Source: Pecten maximus
Taxonomy: Eukaryota
Assembly: GCF_902652985.1 (NCBI RefSeq)
Contig: NC_047019.1
Coordinates: 40,486,001 to 40,550,000, forward strand
Length of the DNA: 64,000 nucleotides
Reading direction: 5' to 3'
Part shown: positions 1 through 11,325 of the stretch, piece by piece
Layout of the letters: each line of letters opens with the position of its first letter
Position numbering within the stretch: position 1 is the first letter of the stretch
Notes under the pieces: model-generated
The model's input: the letters and a program-made list of their open reading frames with translations, nothing else
Told to the model about the DNA's origin: nothing
Databases searched by the model: none
Translations under genes and position numbers: made by a program

Positions 1-223
1 GATGACACTAGTTATTTATGCAGTGTAAATATTTCCTGAACTATACAGTATACCCTCAGAATAATTTCTACGTGGAGATAAATTTAGTTCTGCAGCTAGT
101 GCTAATGAAATACCATATGTGGCATGCAAATATTTGAATTTCATTTTCATTGAAATCACTTATGTAGCATTATATATGTTCATACTGTGTACATGTATGT
201 GAGGTGTGATAATCATAAGATAC

Positions 224-3200
224 CTTCTTCTGTACCATCTGAAGATGACGATGACTACAACAAGGAGAACAACAACCCCAATGACTACTCCAATGATAAT
301 CGGAAGACTGTCAACTTCTGAAAAAAAAGAAACTTAATCAACTGTTGGAAAAAGAATATATTTACAAGACTATGTGAAGTGTTCTGATGATCAACACAAA
401 AGATATCATGTGAACTAGATTTTCAGAAAATTATGATTATGTGAAGGATGATCCCCCCAAAAATATTACCTGTAACTGTTGATGCATTTTTTTTTGTTCA
501 ATATGTTTATTTTAAGCCAAATTCTACCCATGACCAAAAAAAAACAAAATATAAAAAATCATGGATGAGAGACTGGTGTACAGTTACTTTCCCGACAGCG
601 TCATCAACATTTTACTGAATGTTCTCCATTTCTTAAAAAGTGGAAGTTCAATTTTAACCACACTAGGTATATAGTTAGATCACACAGTGCACACCTCGAC
701 ACCCCCTTCACTTTAAGGAATATCATCCAAAATGTTTGGTCCACTGACTGGAACTCAGGGATGCTCGGAATATGAACTTCCTTTTGAGTGTGTGTTTATA
801 TAAGTTTTCTCTAAAAATGTCGGTGCTATTCCAACCAATCCTGGTATTTTGTTGCATTGTTACCGGGTATATGAGCATCTGGACGAAACCCACGTAAATT
901 TTATTTTGTATATTACTTTATGAACTTTATGAACAGAGCATTTGCTTTGTGTGTGTGTGTGTGGGGGGGGGGGATACAGAAATTTGTGTGAATTTTAAGC
1001 CTACAATAATGCTGACAAATCGGGATAGGCGAGACACGCTATATGGGTTGAATTCATCTTAGTTATTATTAGGTTTGTAACGGAAGTTCTTTCTATGAAA
1101 TCAAAACTTTCAAAGTTATTTTCATTGGGTATATCTTGGCATATATTCTCGTTTGTACATGTTTTATAAGGAATGCTGTATCACTGGTGTTACCTGGTTC
1201 GTTTGCTGTTGATGTTGTGTTGCTTGTAGTCTGATCTCCGGGTGTAATTACTTCAGGTTCGTTACAGCGGACAGTTATTGTCGCAGCAGCTTTCCTACCT
1301 GTGGCAGTTATTTTCTTTTAGGGTGAATATTTCAGAAAATCCACAACACAAAAAGTTACAAGAAACGTAAACAAGGATGTAGTCGTCAATATTCCCCGTC
1401 CGTGCAAATATTATTTAACATGAAATTAAAGTGGGCAACATGCATAAAAAACATGAAACACATAGACATAACATTTTGAATCATAGCATGTATTTGTGTT
1501 CAGTCATCAAGTTCCACTGGCAGTAATCAACATGATTAGAAACAATTCAATTACTCCCTTTCTTTCTACTAGATAGTTCTAACTAAATATGGTTTAAATA
1601 TGTAAGGAATATACCGATAATCAAACTTGAGCGAGGGGGTTAGGTAATAAGTCTACCAAACAAGTTTCATCAAAATCTGATAATTCCTTCAAAAGATATC
1701 ATGCGGAAAGCAATTATCCAATCAGATCACAACAGCCTCATTATATATGCACCGAATATTACGATAATCAAACTTGAGCGAGGGGTTTAGCTAGGTAATA
1801 AGTCTACCAAACACGTTTCATCAGAATCTGATAATTCCTTCTAAAGACATCATGCGGAAAGCAATTAGCCAATCAGATCACAGCAGCCTCATTAAAAGTG
1901 GAGCGAAGGGGTTACCAAGCAGGTTTCATCAAAATATGATAACTCCTTCAAAAGATACGCGGTAAGCAAACAGCCAATCGGATCACAACAGCCTCATTAA
2001 ATATGCACGGAATATGACGATAATCAAACTTGACCGAGGGGGGTTGGGTAATAAGTCTACACGTTTCATCAAAATCTGATAATTCCTTTAAAAGATAAAC
2101 ATAATGAAAAGACTTTGATACTAGATGACGCCATATCATGTGGCTTTAATGAAAACGCTTAAAATTATAAAATTGATAATATGATTATGTACAAGTACTT
2201 ACTTTGAACCTCAAACCAAACCATTTGTGGACGAGACCCATCATCACGTTGAAAGGTGAATGTCATACTTGCTTCATTTGTGCTAAAGATCAAGTGACGT
2301 TGGCCTAGCACTGTGTTAGTCTCACTGACTAACTTTTTAGTCTGTTCTCCGTCCGTAAATGTTAACGTATGGTTGCCGATGCAAGTTACATTCTCATACC
2401 CAGTATAACATTCAAGACGTATGTCCAGAGCATAGACATCGAGTCCTGACTGGCCGCCAGTGACGGTACATGTACTGTACTCGCGAGCATCCTCTCCTCC
2501 TATAATTGGGTACATTGTGGAGATGAGTTGACCAGACCGAGAAGCAGAATCCGCCATGATGATCAGCGTGTCATCTGTAATTGGACATAATTTCTACATA
2601 ACAATGCAGAATACAACAAACTAGACTGTGGGTTAGGAATTTGTGTAACGCCTATGTTTTCTATTTCATTTACTGGTATGCAAAGATACCTTGAACTTGT
2701 GTTCATCAACATAACGAAATATCAGTTACTTTGTGAAGTAAAAATACAGGCTCTAATTCGATTTCAGTTGAGTTGTAACACAAAGTTAAGATCGTGCATA
2801 TATGTTTTATGTACGGTGTTGTCCTAAAGTTTGTTACAGGTTGCCGGTGACAATGGTACAGATTGCACGGGAACCATATGGAACCTTCTCATGAGAAGTT
2901 ACATAGAGCATATATAGGAAACTGGTATAGGTAGACAAACAGTATCACTTACCTGAAATACATTGGTATTTCATGGACAGGAAATTAGAGAATGCTCTAC
3001 CAACTGTACAGTTGTCGTCATTTTCAATTCGCCGCCAGACTACCTTGGGCTGAGATAGTGGTACTGTATAGCCAGAAAAGGCAGCATAATATTGATGTAT
3101 GACGGCGTATTTTGTCATTGGCACTAAACAGTCACCTTTTTGAAATAAACAACATGATTGATTCTGTTCTGCTCTTTTGGTTTTAATGGATGGACAAACA

Positions 3201-3327
3201 GCTGATTGAGTTTTCACCCCATACCTTACATCAAGGAGAGCCATCCTTTCACCATCATTACACTTGGGAAAGAACCTCTTGGAGTAACATGCTTGGATTT
3301 CATAGTTGTTAGTACTGGTTTTGTCAT
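224..3327 (-). CDS. Partial gene: type-I single-pass membrane protein with SUEL/rhamnose-binding-lectin-like domain, CUB-like domain, S/T stalk and TM helix (5' and 3' exons not resolved)
   Basis: Four frame-compatible exons bounded by AG/GT: 3327-2953, 2574-2203, 1298-1194, 317-224. Spliced translation: DDKTSTNNYEIQACYSKRFFPKCNDGERMALLDVRYG...CC...C...SNFLSMKYQCIS (SUEL-like C-x-G..I...YG..YL.V.YQC pattern), then a beta-rich CUB-like exon, then QTTSNTTST stalk, then IIIGVVIGVVVLLVVVIVIF-RWYRRR (TM plus basic stop-transfer). Domain names are pattern-based inference. Confidence 0.8.
1605..2095. repeat. Degenerate ~146-bp tandem repeat (3-4 copies) in an intron
   Basis: CGATAATCAAACTTGAGCGAGGGG...GTTTCATCAAAATCTGATAATTCCTT recurs near 1616, 1762 and 2019, with a partial copy near 1900. 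Confidence 0.75.
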
Positions 3328-3382
3328 CTGTAACGAAAGTATGTAATCCAAAAATAATGATGAAAAATGTACAAACACGTCT

Positions 3383-3752
3383 GCAATGATGGAATAGTGT
3401 ATACAAAATGACGGAAAATTGTACAAAGATCTACTGTAATAACGGAATAGTGTATACAAAAATCAACTGTAATGATGAAATAGTGTATACAAAAATCAAC
3501 TGTAATGATGAAATAGTGTATACAAAAATCAACGGAAATGATGGAATAAAGTGTATACAAAAATCAACTGTAATGATGAAATAGTGTATACAAAAATCAA
3601 CTGCAATGATGGTATATAGTGTATACAAAAATCAACTGTAATGATGAAATAGTGTATACAAAAATCAACTGTAATGATGGTATAAAGTGTATACAAAAAT
3701 CAACTGTAATGATGAAATAGTGTATACAAAAATCAATTGTAATTACGGAATT
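3383..3752. repeat. 33-bp minisatellite (~11 copies)
   Basis: Unit TAGTGTATACAAAAATCAACTGTAATGATGAAA. Confidence 0.9.
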
Positions 3753-4510
3753 GTGTACCCTGAACTAATAGAGGTTGACGGCGTCTGTACCCTGAACTAA
3801 TAGAGGTTGACGGTGTCTGTACCCTGAACTAATAGAGGTTGACGACGTCTTTAACCTGAAGTAATAGAGGTTGACGGTGTCTGTACCCTGAACTTATAGA
3901 GGTTGACGGCGTCTTTAACCTGAACTAATAGAGGTTGACGGTGTCTGTACCCTGAACTAATAGAGGTTGACGACGTCTTTAACCTGAACTAATAGAGGTC
4001 GACGGTGTCTGTAACCTGAACTTATAGAGGTTGACGGCGTCTGTACCCTGAACTAATAGAGGTTGACGGTGTCTGTACCCTGAACTAATAGAGTTTGACG
4101 GTGTCTGTACCCTGAACTAATAGAGGTTGACGGTGTCTGTACCCTGAACTAATAGAGGTTGACGGTGTCTGTACCCTGAACTAATAGAAGGTGACGGTGT
4201 CTGTACCCTGAACTAATAGAGGTTGACGGTGTCTGTACCCTGAACTAATAGAGGTTGACGGTGTCTGTACCCTGAACTAATAGAAGTTGACGGTGTCTGT
4301 ACCCTGAACTAATAGAGGTTGACGACGTCTTTAACCTGAACTAATAGAGGTTGACGGTGTCTGTACCCTGAACTAATAGAAGTTGACGGTGTCTGTACCC
4401 TGAACTAATAGAGGTTGACGGTGTCTGTACCCTGAACTAATAGAGGTTGACGGTGTCTGTACCCTGAACTAATAGAGGTCGACGGTGTCTGTACCCTGAA
4501 CTAATTGAGG
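3753..4510. repeat. 32-bp minisatellite (~23 copies)
   Basis: Unit GTACCCTGAACTAATAGAGGTTGACGGTGTCT. Confidence 0.95.
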
Positions 4511-4787
4511 TATTGATGACAGTTGGTTAGGTATTATTGACAGAATTATGCAGTTGCTTGCACGTCAATTTTCCGAGTAAGAAAAATAATAAGAATTCAA
4601 ACATAATGACAGTGAACTTGTAAAACAATAGTGCACGATTAGAAAATATAAGAACAATACAAGAATTACATGTAATTATCTTTCCTGCTTTGTCAGTATA
4701 GTAAGCAAACTCCAAAATTCACTGAACATTTCAGTATTTTTTCCATTAATAATCAAACATATGTTTAATAGAGTGATAGTATGGAAG

Positions 4788-7234
4788 TACGAAAGCCTAT
4801 TCGGTTCATTTTGAAAAGCAAAATAAAAATATGTATCTCGTTAAAACGCGATAATTATCTAGTTAAAACGCGTTATCTATCCCGTTAAAACGAGTTAGTT
4901 ATCTCGTTAAACATGTCGATGTTAAAAACAACATGGTTGCCAAGCAGACCTAGTGTTTGTAAATAATTCCATATGGCCTACACCTGTTGATTTGATGTAC
5001 ACCAAAAGCATCTCGTGGTCACATAACGGTAAAAAATGACAGGCTTTGAAGTCAGTGTCGGGTCCTTTGTATTCTTCAAAGGACAGACATGCAGCCTAGC
5101 GATTGGTTAGGTTTTTTTTTCACCTGAGCGTGCCTTCAGTTTTTGCCATGACATATTCCAGGAGTGTAGGAAGCGAAGGTTGACGCAACCCCTGGGTATC
5201 GAGGGTGAAACCAGTGGCGTAGGAAGCGGGGGGGCAGGGGGGGCAATTGCCCCCCCCCCCCCCACTTTTTTCAGTGGGGGGGCAAACATATCTTTTTGCC
5301 CCCCCCACTTTTTGACATCCAAAATCTAAAAAAAGGGGATAAAACGCGAATTTATATATTCATTTCGATAAATATCTGTATATTTCCGAACCGATAATGT
5401 TTTCTTGAAGGCAACGATAAAAACTTTATCTTGTACATCCGGAACATTCCGACTTTTATACTAGTATATCAATCCTCAGACCTGTGCAACAGCCTGGTAA
5501 GTCAATATTTATATCTTTATAAGAAATTTTGCTCAACTTCATCACATAGATTCAATAAGTTGATAATAATTTGTGAAGTTAATTGAGTTCATAATGAGAA
5601 AAAAGACAGAAACACAACATGAAGAAGAATGCGCGGTTTTAACGTGAATAGAGTGATACTTATTACCGACAGGTACGAGGAAATACACAAAAAAAAATCG
5701 GATCGCGCCTACGGCGCTCGCTTTATCACTAAATTACTGGCCCCCCTTTCGATTGCAGATCTACAGGGGGGCTTCGCCACCCTGGGACCCGCTGGGCGGC
5801 CCCCAGACCTCTCGCAAAAAGTAAAAAAAAATCGGCTCGCGCCTACGGCGCTCGCATGATCACTTAATTACTGGACCCCCCTTTCGAAAACTCCTGGATC
5901 CGCGCCTGATCCCGAATTATTGGAAATGTACTATATTCATTTTCCGCGGAGGGCTTAGACCCCCTTGACCCCATATCAGGGCGCTGCCCTGGACCCGCTG
6001 GGCGGCCCCTCGGACCCCGCAAAAAAAAAATCGTCTCGCGCCTACGGCGCTCGCATTATTACTAAATTACTGGACCCCCCCGCCCTGGGCGGGCCTGGTG
6101 ATTATGTTTTGCTATATTTAATATATATATTCTGATTTGCGTAAATAACTTATTTTGTACTACATAAATTATCAAAACTATCACGGGATGTTGAAATGAT
6201 AATTATTGGCTAATTTTGCGGAGATGGCATACGATTTGTTTAGTGTGTAAAATTTAAGGTTAAAAAAAATGTTGTCCCCCCACTTTTTGACGACTTCCTA
6301 CGCCACTGGAAACAATATGCAGCCACATAAAACTGATTATTCTAAGTGAAGTATTAAAACCACCTGACACATTAATGTATGCCCTTATCTCACTAAGGCT
6401 GTTTAAACTAACCTTTAGCGACCTAAACTCTCTCCTTGCTGACAGACACATACCAGCGAGGATATTGGAGCTGGACTAGCCGGGGTTTGCTTTCAGATAA
6501 CAATATGGCCTTGTGTCACTCTCTCACAATTTCATGCATTTTGAATTTGTTTCAGTGAAAAGCCCTGACGTTATTTTCAATCACTTTACTAAAAGTGCTA
6601 CCACAATGATAAACTCTTTTGGATGGATATGGAAGTTACCTGTTTTACCTGTGTTGACAAGCATGACGTCATGCGTTGTCCCTCTTTCAAAACAAGGCAC
6701 TAGCGTACATGTTTTTGCTAACATGAAGTAAGCATCAGCATATCAGTGTTAGAGACAGAATAAAGAGACAGTGACTTGCCTTCTCCTTCTCCATTTTCTA
6801 ACTACCTTCTTCAGAAAGATTCTTCACAAACAAAATCAAAGATTTCGTGACTACATCTAACCTTCAGCTGTATTAATGACGTTTGGACGATATAACTAAC
6901 GTGTTTTAGCTAGAAAATTATCGTGTATTAACATGATATCTATCGCGTTTTAACGAGATAACTAACTCGTTTTAACAAGATAATTATCGCGTTTTAACGA
7001 GATAACTAACTCGTTTTAACGAGATAATTATCGCGTTTTAACGAGATAACTAACTCGTTTTAACGAGATAATGATCGCGTTTTAACGCGGTAGTTATTGC
7101 GTTTTAATTAGATAAAATTATACTTACGCGTTTTAATGATATAGTTATCGCGTTTTAATGAGATAACTATCGCGTTTTAACGAGATATATTTTTTTTAGT
7201 TTACATTTCAAAATGACCCTATTGGGTTTTCGTA
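4788..7234. mobile_element. Non-autonomous DNA transposon with TAC...GTA termini and 6-bp TSD (IS3EU-like)
   Basis: TSD TGGAAG at 4782-4787 and 7235-7240. Imperfect TIR: TACGAAAGCCTATTCGGTTCATTTTGAAA versus the reverse complement of the right end TACGAAAACCCAATAGGGTCATTTTGAAA. Inverted subterminal 21-bp arrays (TATCTCGTTAAAACGCGATAA) at ~4834-4910 and ~6935-7190. Confidence 0.75.
5212..6308. mobile_element. Nested non-autonomous hAT-like element with 5-bp TSD
   Basis: TIR CAGTGGCGTAGGAAG ... CTTCCTACGCCACTG. GAAAC duplicated at 5207-5211 and 6309-6313. Internal GC-rich repeats CGCGCCTACGGCGCTCG (three copies). Confidence 0.75.
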
Positions 7235-9553
7235 TGGAAGCACTCTGTATACATTATAGACAGGTGTAAATATTGATACATTACAAACAAATTGCATCTG
7301 TCATATACATGCATTATGTACTGTAATGTATTCCAATTTGACTGTACCTTATTTTAAAATCAATTGGAGAAGTAATAAAGATACAAAAATTGATTTCTCG
7401 GAATCGAAAGCTTTTTACCCAAAAATACAGCAAAAAAAAAAGGGGGGAAAAAAGAGAGAGAATAACGATAATAATAAATAAAATTCCCGTGATCTATAAG
7501 GTTTTTGTGAGGAAATCATGTCTGATATGTAATTGAAAAGGTGGAGGGGGATTTTGTCTATGTTAAAGCTAGTGAAAGGAAAATGATAAATGTGTTGAAC
7601 ACCGGCATTTTTGGTGGTGTGAGCTTATGCGATAAAACTTCAAACATCAGGAGGAGCTCAAACAAACACCCAGTCATAATAGATTCCGAGATCCTTGTGG
7701 ACACGTGTTGTAGCGAGTTATCGTCTGATGATGCCGTGGTCCAGGCTGATAACAAACTTACCTGTGGAGGACTTCCTGGTTCACTTAGTAACACTATCAT
7801 TTTCTTGAAGGCGCAGCCCTTTCAGGGAAGTGATGAACCTCGATATAGTATATTTGGATGAATATCAAGCGAATTAACCATAAAAATGTAAATTTATGTT
7901 AGCTTTGAATGCTAACCTATTTATCTCAAGCCTTCTTGAGTAACAGAGGCCCAATATTCTGCCATCAGACATAGTTCAACAGAAGAAATAATATTAATTT
8001 AGTAGAGAAGTTTATGAAGATTCCTTATCAACACAATCTTGAAGCCTCTGTGTCCATATATCAATATCTTAATTACAAAAATAATTATCTGTTCTCTTGT
8101 GTTTTCATGGCTTCATCACGATTTATGTGACCTGAGGCATCGCTGGGGAAAACGGAGCGAATGACGTGGTTCCCAACACCATGAACGCACACAAAGTTAT
8201 TTGGAACAGTGTCCACGAATTATGTGGTCATTTATGGACACTTTTATAGTGTCATCACACTGAAATACCACATCCGGACAAGATAGGATGACGCAACTAA
8301 CAACGTGCGAAGAAACCCGACTGACCAGACCGGCGGATATTTTGGAGATAATGGCTTGGCTTGCAACTATCGGATCAGAAGAAACTCAGACTATTGGCGA
8401 ATCAGTCTTCGACTCCTCAAGGCGTCTTAAAGCAGAACATCAAGTGGGGAGTCGTACCTATTTTATTTCCCAGGCTTTTGGTTAGTCTCAGTCAGAGGAT
8501 AGAATACATTAAAATGATCGCTCAGCTAGGGCCAGAAGTGAGACCATGTCGAGGGAGACAACATGAGAGGAGAACGTATATAGACTCCACTTACGAATCA
8601 TACAGTAGAGGTAGAATGTACTCTACTAGGGACATAATTCTGCGGAGAAATATTCGGTCTGAAGTATATCTGGGTCATGGGGTTATTAAAAACTTGTATA
8701 AGTTGGCGTGGTTCTCTCGTATGAGCGCGGAAAAAAAATCGTCTCTTTACATTTGATTAGAAATCTTACCTTTCTTGGATGATTTGCATTCATTTCTGGT
8801 TTGAAAATGCGCATCATATCATTCATATATCTTCCTGGGTTTATATTTTTATTTAACTAGTAAAATAGCTATCACAAGTCAACGAGGCAAATCAACCGCT
8901 AACAGGATTGTCTGTGAGGTCTTCTAATTGTACACTAGGGAGCGTCGTTGTATTACCGATTCCCGTTCGTATTCGTTAATGTGGTATTACCTAATAAGTG
9001 ACGTAAATAGAGAGAAGTCTTCTTGACTGAAGCAATGATTACATTTCCGAGGCCAAATTGAAACAGGAAGGTCAGTGATGCCCTCGTTACAAATGAGAAT
9101 GATGGCTCTTTGAAATAGATAATCATTACTATCTATGCCGATTATTTACATGTTGTCTTTATTCAATGCTGATTACGATTAAACTAGCTGGATGAACTCC
9201 AACAAATCATATCGGAACAAGTGTGTACATATATTGACACAAATAGGACAGTGATTTCGTATCAAACGGAAATTAATGTAAAGTTTGCAGCCTATTTCAT
9301 TGTTGACGTCAATGTATAGATGACGTCACAAAGTTATGACGGCACATAAAAAATAGATTATTGGTGTTGCGAGTCTGGTAGCAGAAAAATAATTTGACGA
9401 ACCGTCGATTTCAACACTTCTACGCAAAACATACACGATATATATCTGACAGTTTTTAAACAGTATGCATTATCCACAGATAAAACAAAAAGGATTACTT
9501 GCCTGCGGATGTGATCACAAAATACAAGAGGGTAACCAACACTACATCCTTGT

Positions 9554-9678
9554 ATCCAGCCATTGTCACCAACGTAATAGGTTATCAGCTGGCTTACACC
9601 CGGGTCTCTCCACGGGATCCAGCCATTGTCACCAACGTAATAGGTTATCAGCTGGCTTACACCCGGGTCTCTCCACGG
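9554..9678. repeat. Tandem duplication of ~64 bp
   Basis: ATCCAGCCATTGTCACCAACGTAATAGGTTATCAGCTGGCTTACACCCGGGTCTCTCCACGGG occurs twice. Confidence 0.85.
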
Positions 9679-10152
9679 GGGTTTTCGTTGTGCACTGGAG
9701 ATATAGATCAGGATTATCAACCGGGTACCAGTCGTTACTGTACTAACCAACAACAGGCAAATTAGTGATAAAGGTCGCTGGTTACGATAGTTATAGAAGT
9801 GTCATTTACCAGACGGTGAATGCCATGTATGGCGTATTACTATGTATATTGTACTGATTTAGTGTTTATTTTTGTATCTTTGTGCTTTATACAACTTTTC
9901 AGTTTGCCATTCCGAATAATTTGACACGTTATCTTGTTCAATAGACTAACATATCCTGTTGTAGCCGCGGGGACGACAAATACACTACCCACAATATAGT
10001 AACAGGTTACATAATACACTTACTCGCAAAACTAAAGGAAATGCTGTTTAAATATAGCATTATAATGACACGACAAGCTAACTGATGTCTTCAATTCGAC
10101 AGCGTTACGTACTGTAAAAGGCGCCGTATCTGTCTATTTTCATCACCATTTC

Positions 10153-10239
10153 CATCTTCGCTAGCCAAGGCTTCTGATTACGTTACGCTCCACGGTTCGT
10201 GAAGCGTAACGTAATCAGAAGCCTTGGCTAGCGAAGATG
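10153..10239. mobile_element. 87-bp hairpin MITE with 9-bp TSD (Mutator-like by TSD length)
   Basis: Perfect ~37-bp TIR CATCTTCGCTAGCCAAGGCTTCTGATTACGTTACGCT. CACCATTTC duplicated at 10144-10152 and 10240-10248. Confidence 0.85.
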
Positions 10240-10264
10240 CACCATTTCTTACTTATATGTTAAA

Positions 10265-10794
10265 TATGGTGGCATGGATCTGCCATCACATAACGAGATA
10301 ATTTTGTCAACATAGCGAGATAAATATACCATATAGCGAGATATTGAAACGACATAGCGATATAAAACAACCGACATAGCGAGATAATTTAATGCGTTTA
10401 TGAAGTCGCTATCTCGACATCTCGCCGCATTAGATGCTACTACTGACATGGATTTTTTCTTGTCAACGTCACGTGACCTCAATTCGGAAATTCAGTTTAC
10501 CTGTTTGTTGTAGGTGTTGGGTCGTTCAGCTTCCCTGTCCAAGCCTCGTGTGCACTGGCGTGCTGAACTTCCGAATGGGGGTCACGTGACGTTGACAAGA
10601 AAAAAATCCATGTCAGTAGTAGCATCTAATGCGGCGAGATGTCGAGATAGCGACTTCGTAAACGCATTAAATTATCTCGCTATGTCGGTTGTTTTATCTC
10701 GCTATGTCGTTTTATTATCTCGCTATATGGTATATTTATCTCACTATGTTGACAAAATTATCTCGTTATGTGATGGCAGATCCATGCCACCATA
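10265..10794. mobile_element. 530-bp foldback MITE with TAT...ATA termini and 6-bp TSD (IS3EU-like)
   Basis: ~230-bp near-perfect inverted arms, which also explain the mirror ORFs 10249-10482(-) and 10514-10795(+). GTTAAA duplicated at 10259-10264 and 10795-10800. Internal ~21-bp TAGCGAGATA sub-repeats. Confidence 0.85.
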
Positions 10795-11023
10795 GTTAAA
10801 CAATTGCATACCTGTATAAAAAATCAGAGACACACAATGTTCTCTGTAGTTTCTGCAAATTATTAAAACTAATACAAATTGAAATTGGCAATCGAATAAA
10901 AGAACATAAAACACCCTTAGCCCTAGAAGCATAAAGGCCAACATACAATCGTCCTCAGTGTTAAAGCAGGAACCTTCTGATATTTGGCGACATTAGTCCT
11001 CTCATTGGAGGAATCCATATCAG

Positions 11024-11325
11024 CTACTAACTGTATATTATTAAATAAGTTATCCCTAGCGCCGGGATTCGAACTACTAACTGTATATTATTAAATAAGT
11101 TATCCCTAGCGCCGGGATTCGAACTACTAACTGTATATTATTAAATAAGTTATCCCTAGCGCCGGGATTCGAACTACTAACTGTATATTATTAAATAAGT
11201 TATCCCTAGCGCCGGGATTCGAACTACTAACTGTATATTATTAAATAAGTTATCCCTAGCGCCGGGATTCGAACTACTAACTGTATATTATTAAATAAGT
11301 TATCCCTAGCGCCGGGATTCGAACC
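11024..11325 (-). repeat. 50-bp tandem repeat (6 copies) carrying a tRNA T-arm/B-box-like motif; probably an amplified SINE-head fragment
   Basis: Unit CTACTAACTGTATATTATTAAATAAGTTATCCCTAGCGCCGGGATTCGAA. The minus strand reads (G)GTTCGAATCCCGGC. Confidence 0.8.

Noticed and set aside
3753-4510. Possible CRISPR-like arrays (this and other 31-51-bp arrays)
   Set aside because: Units are head-to-tail with no unique spacers, there are no cas genes, and the context is eukaryotic.
8288-8756. Plus-strand ORFs of 65 and 131 aa
   Set aside because: No motifs or splice support.
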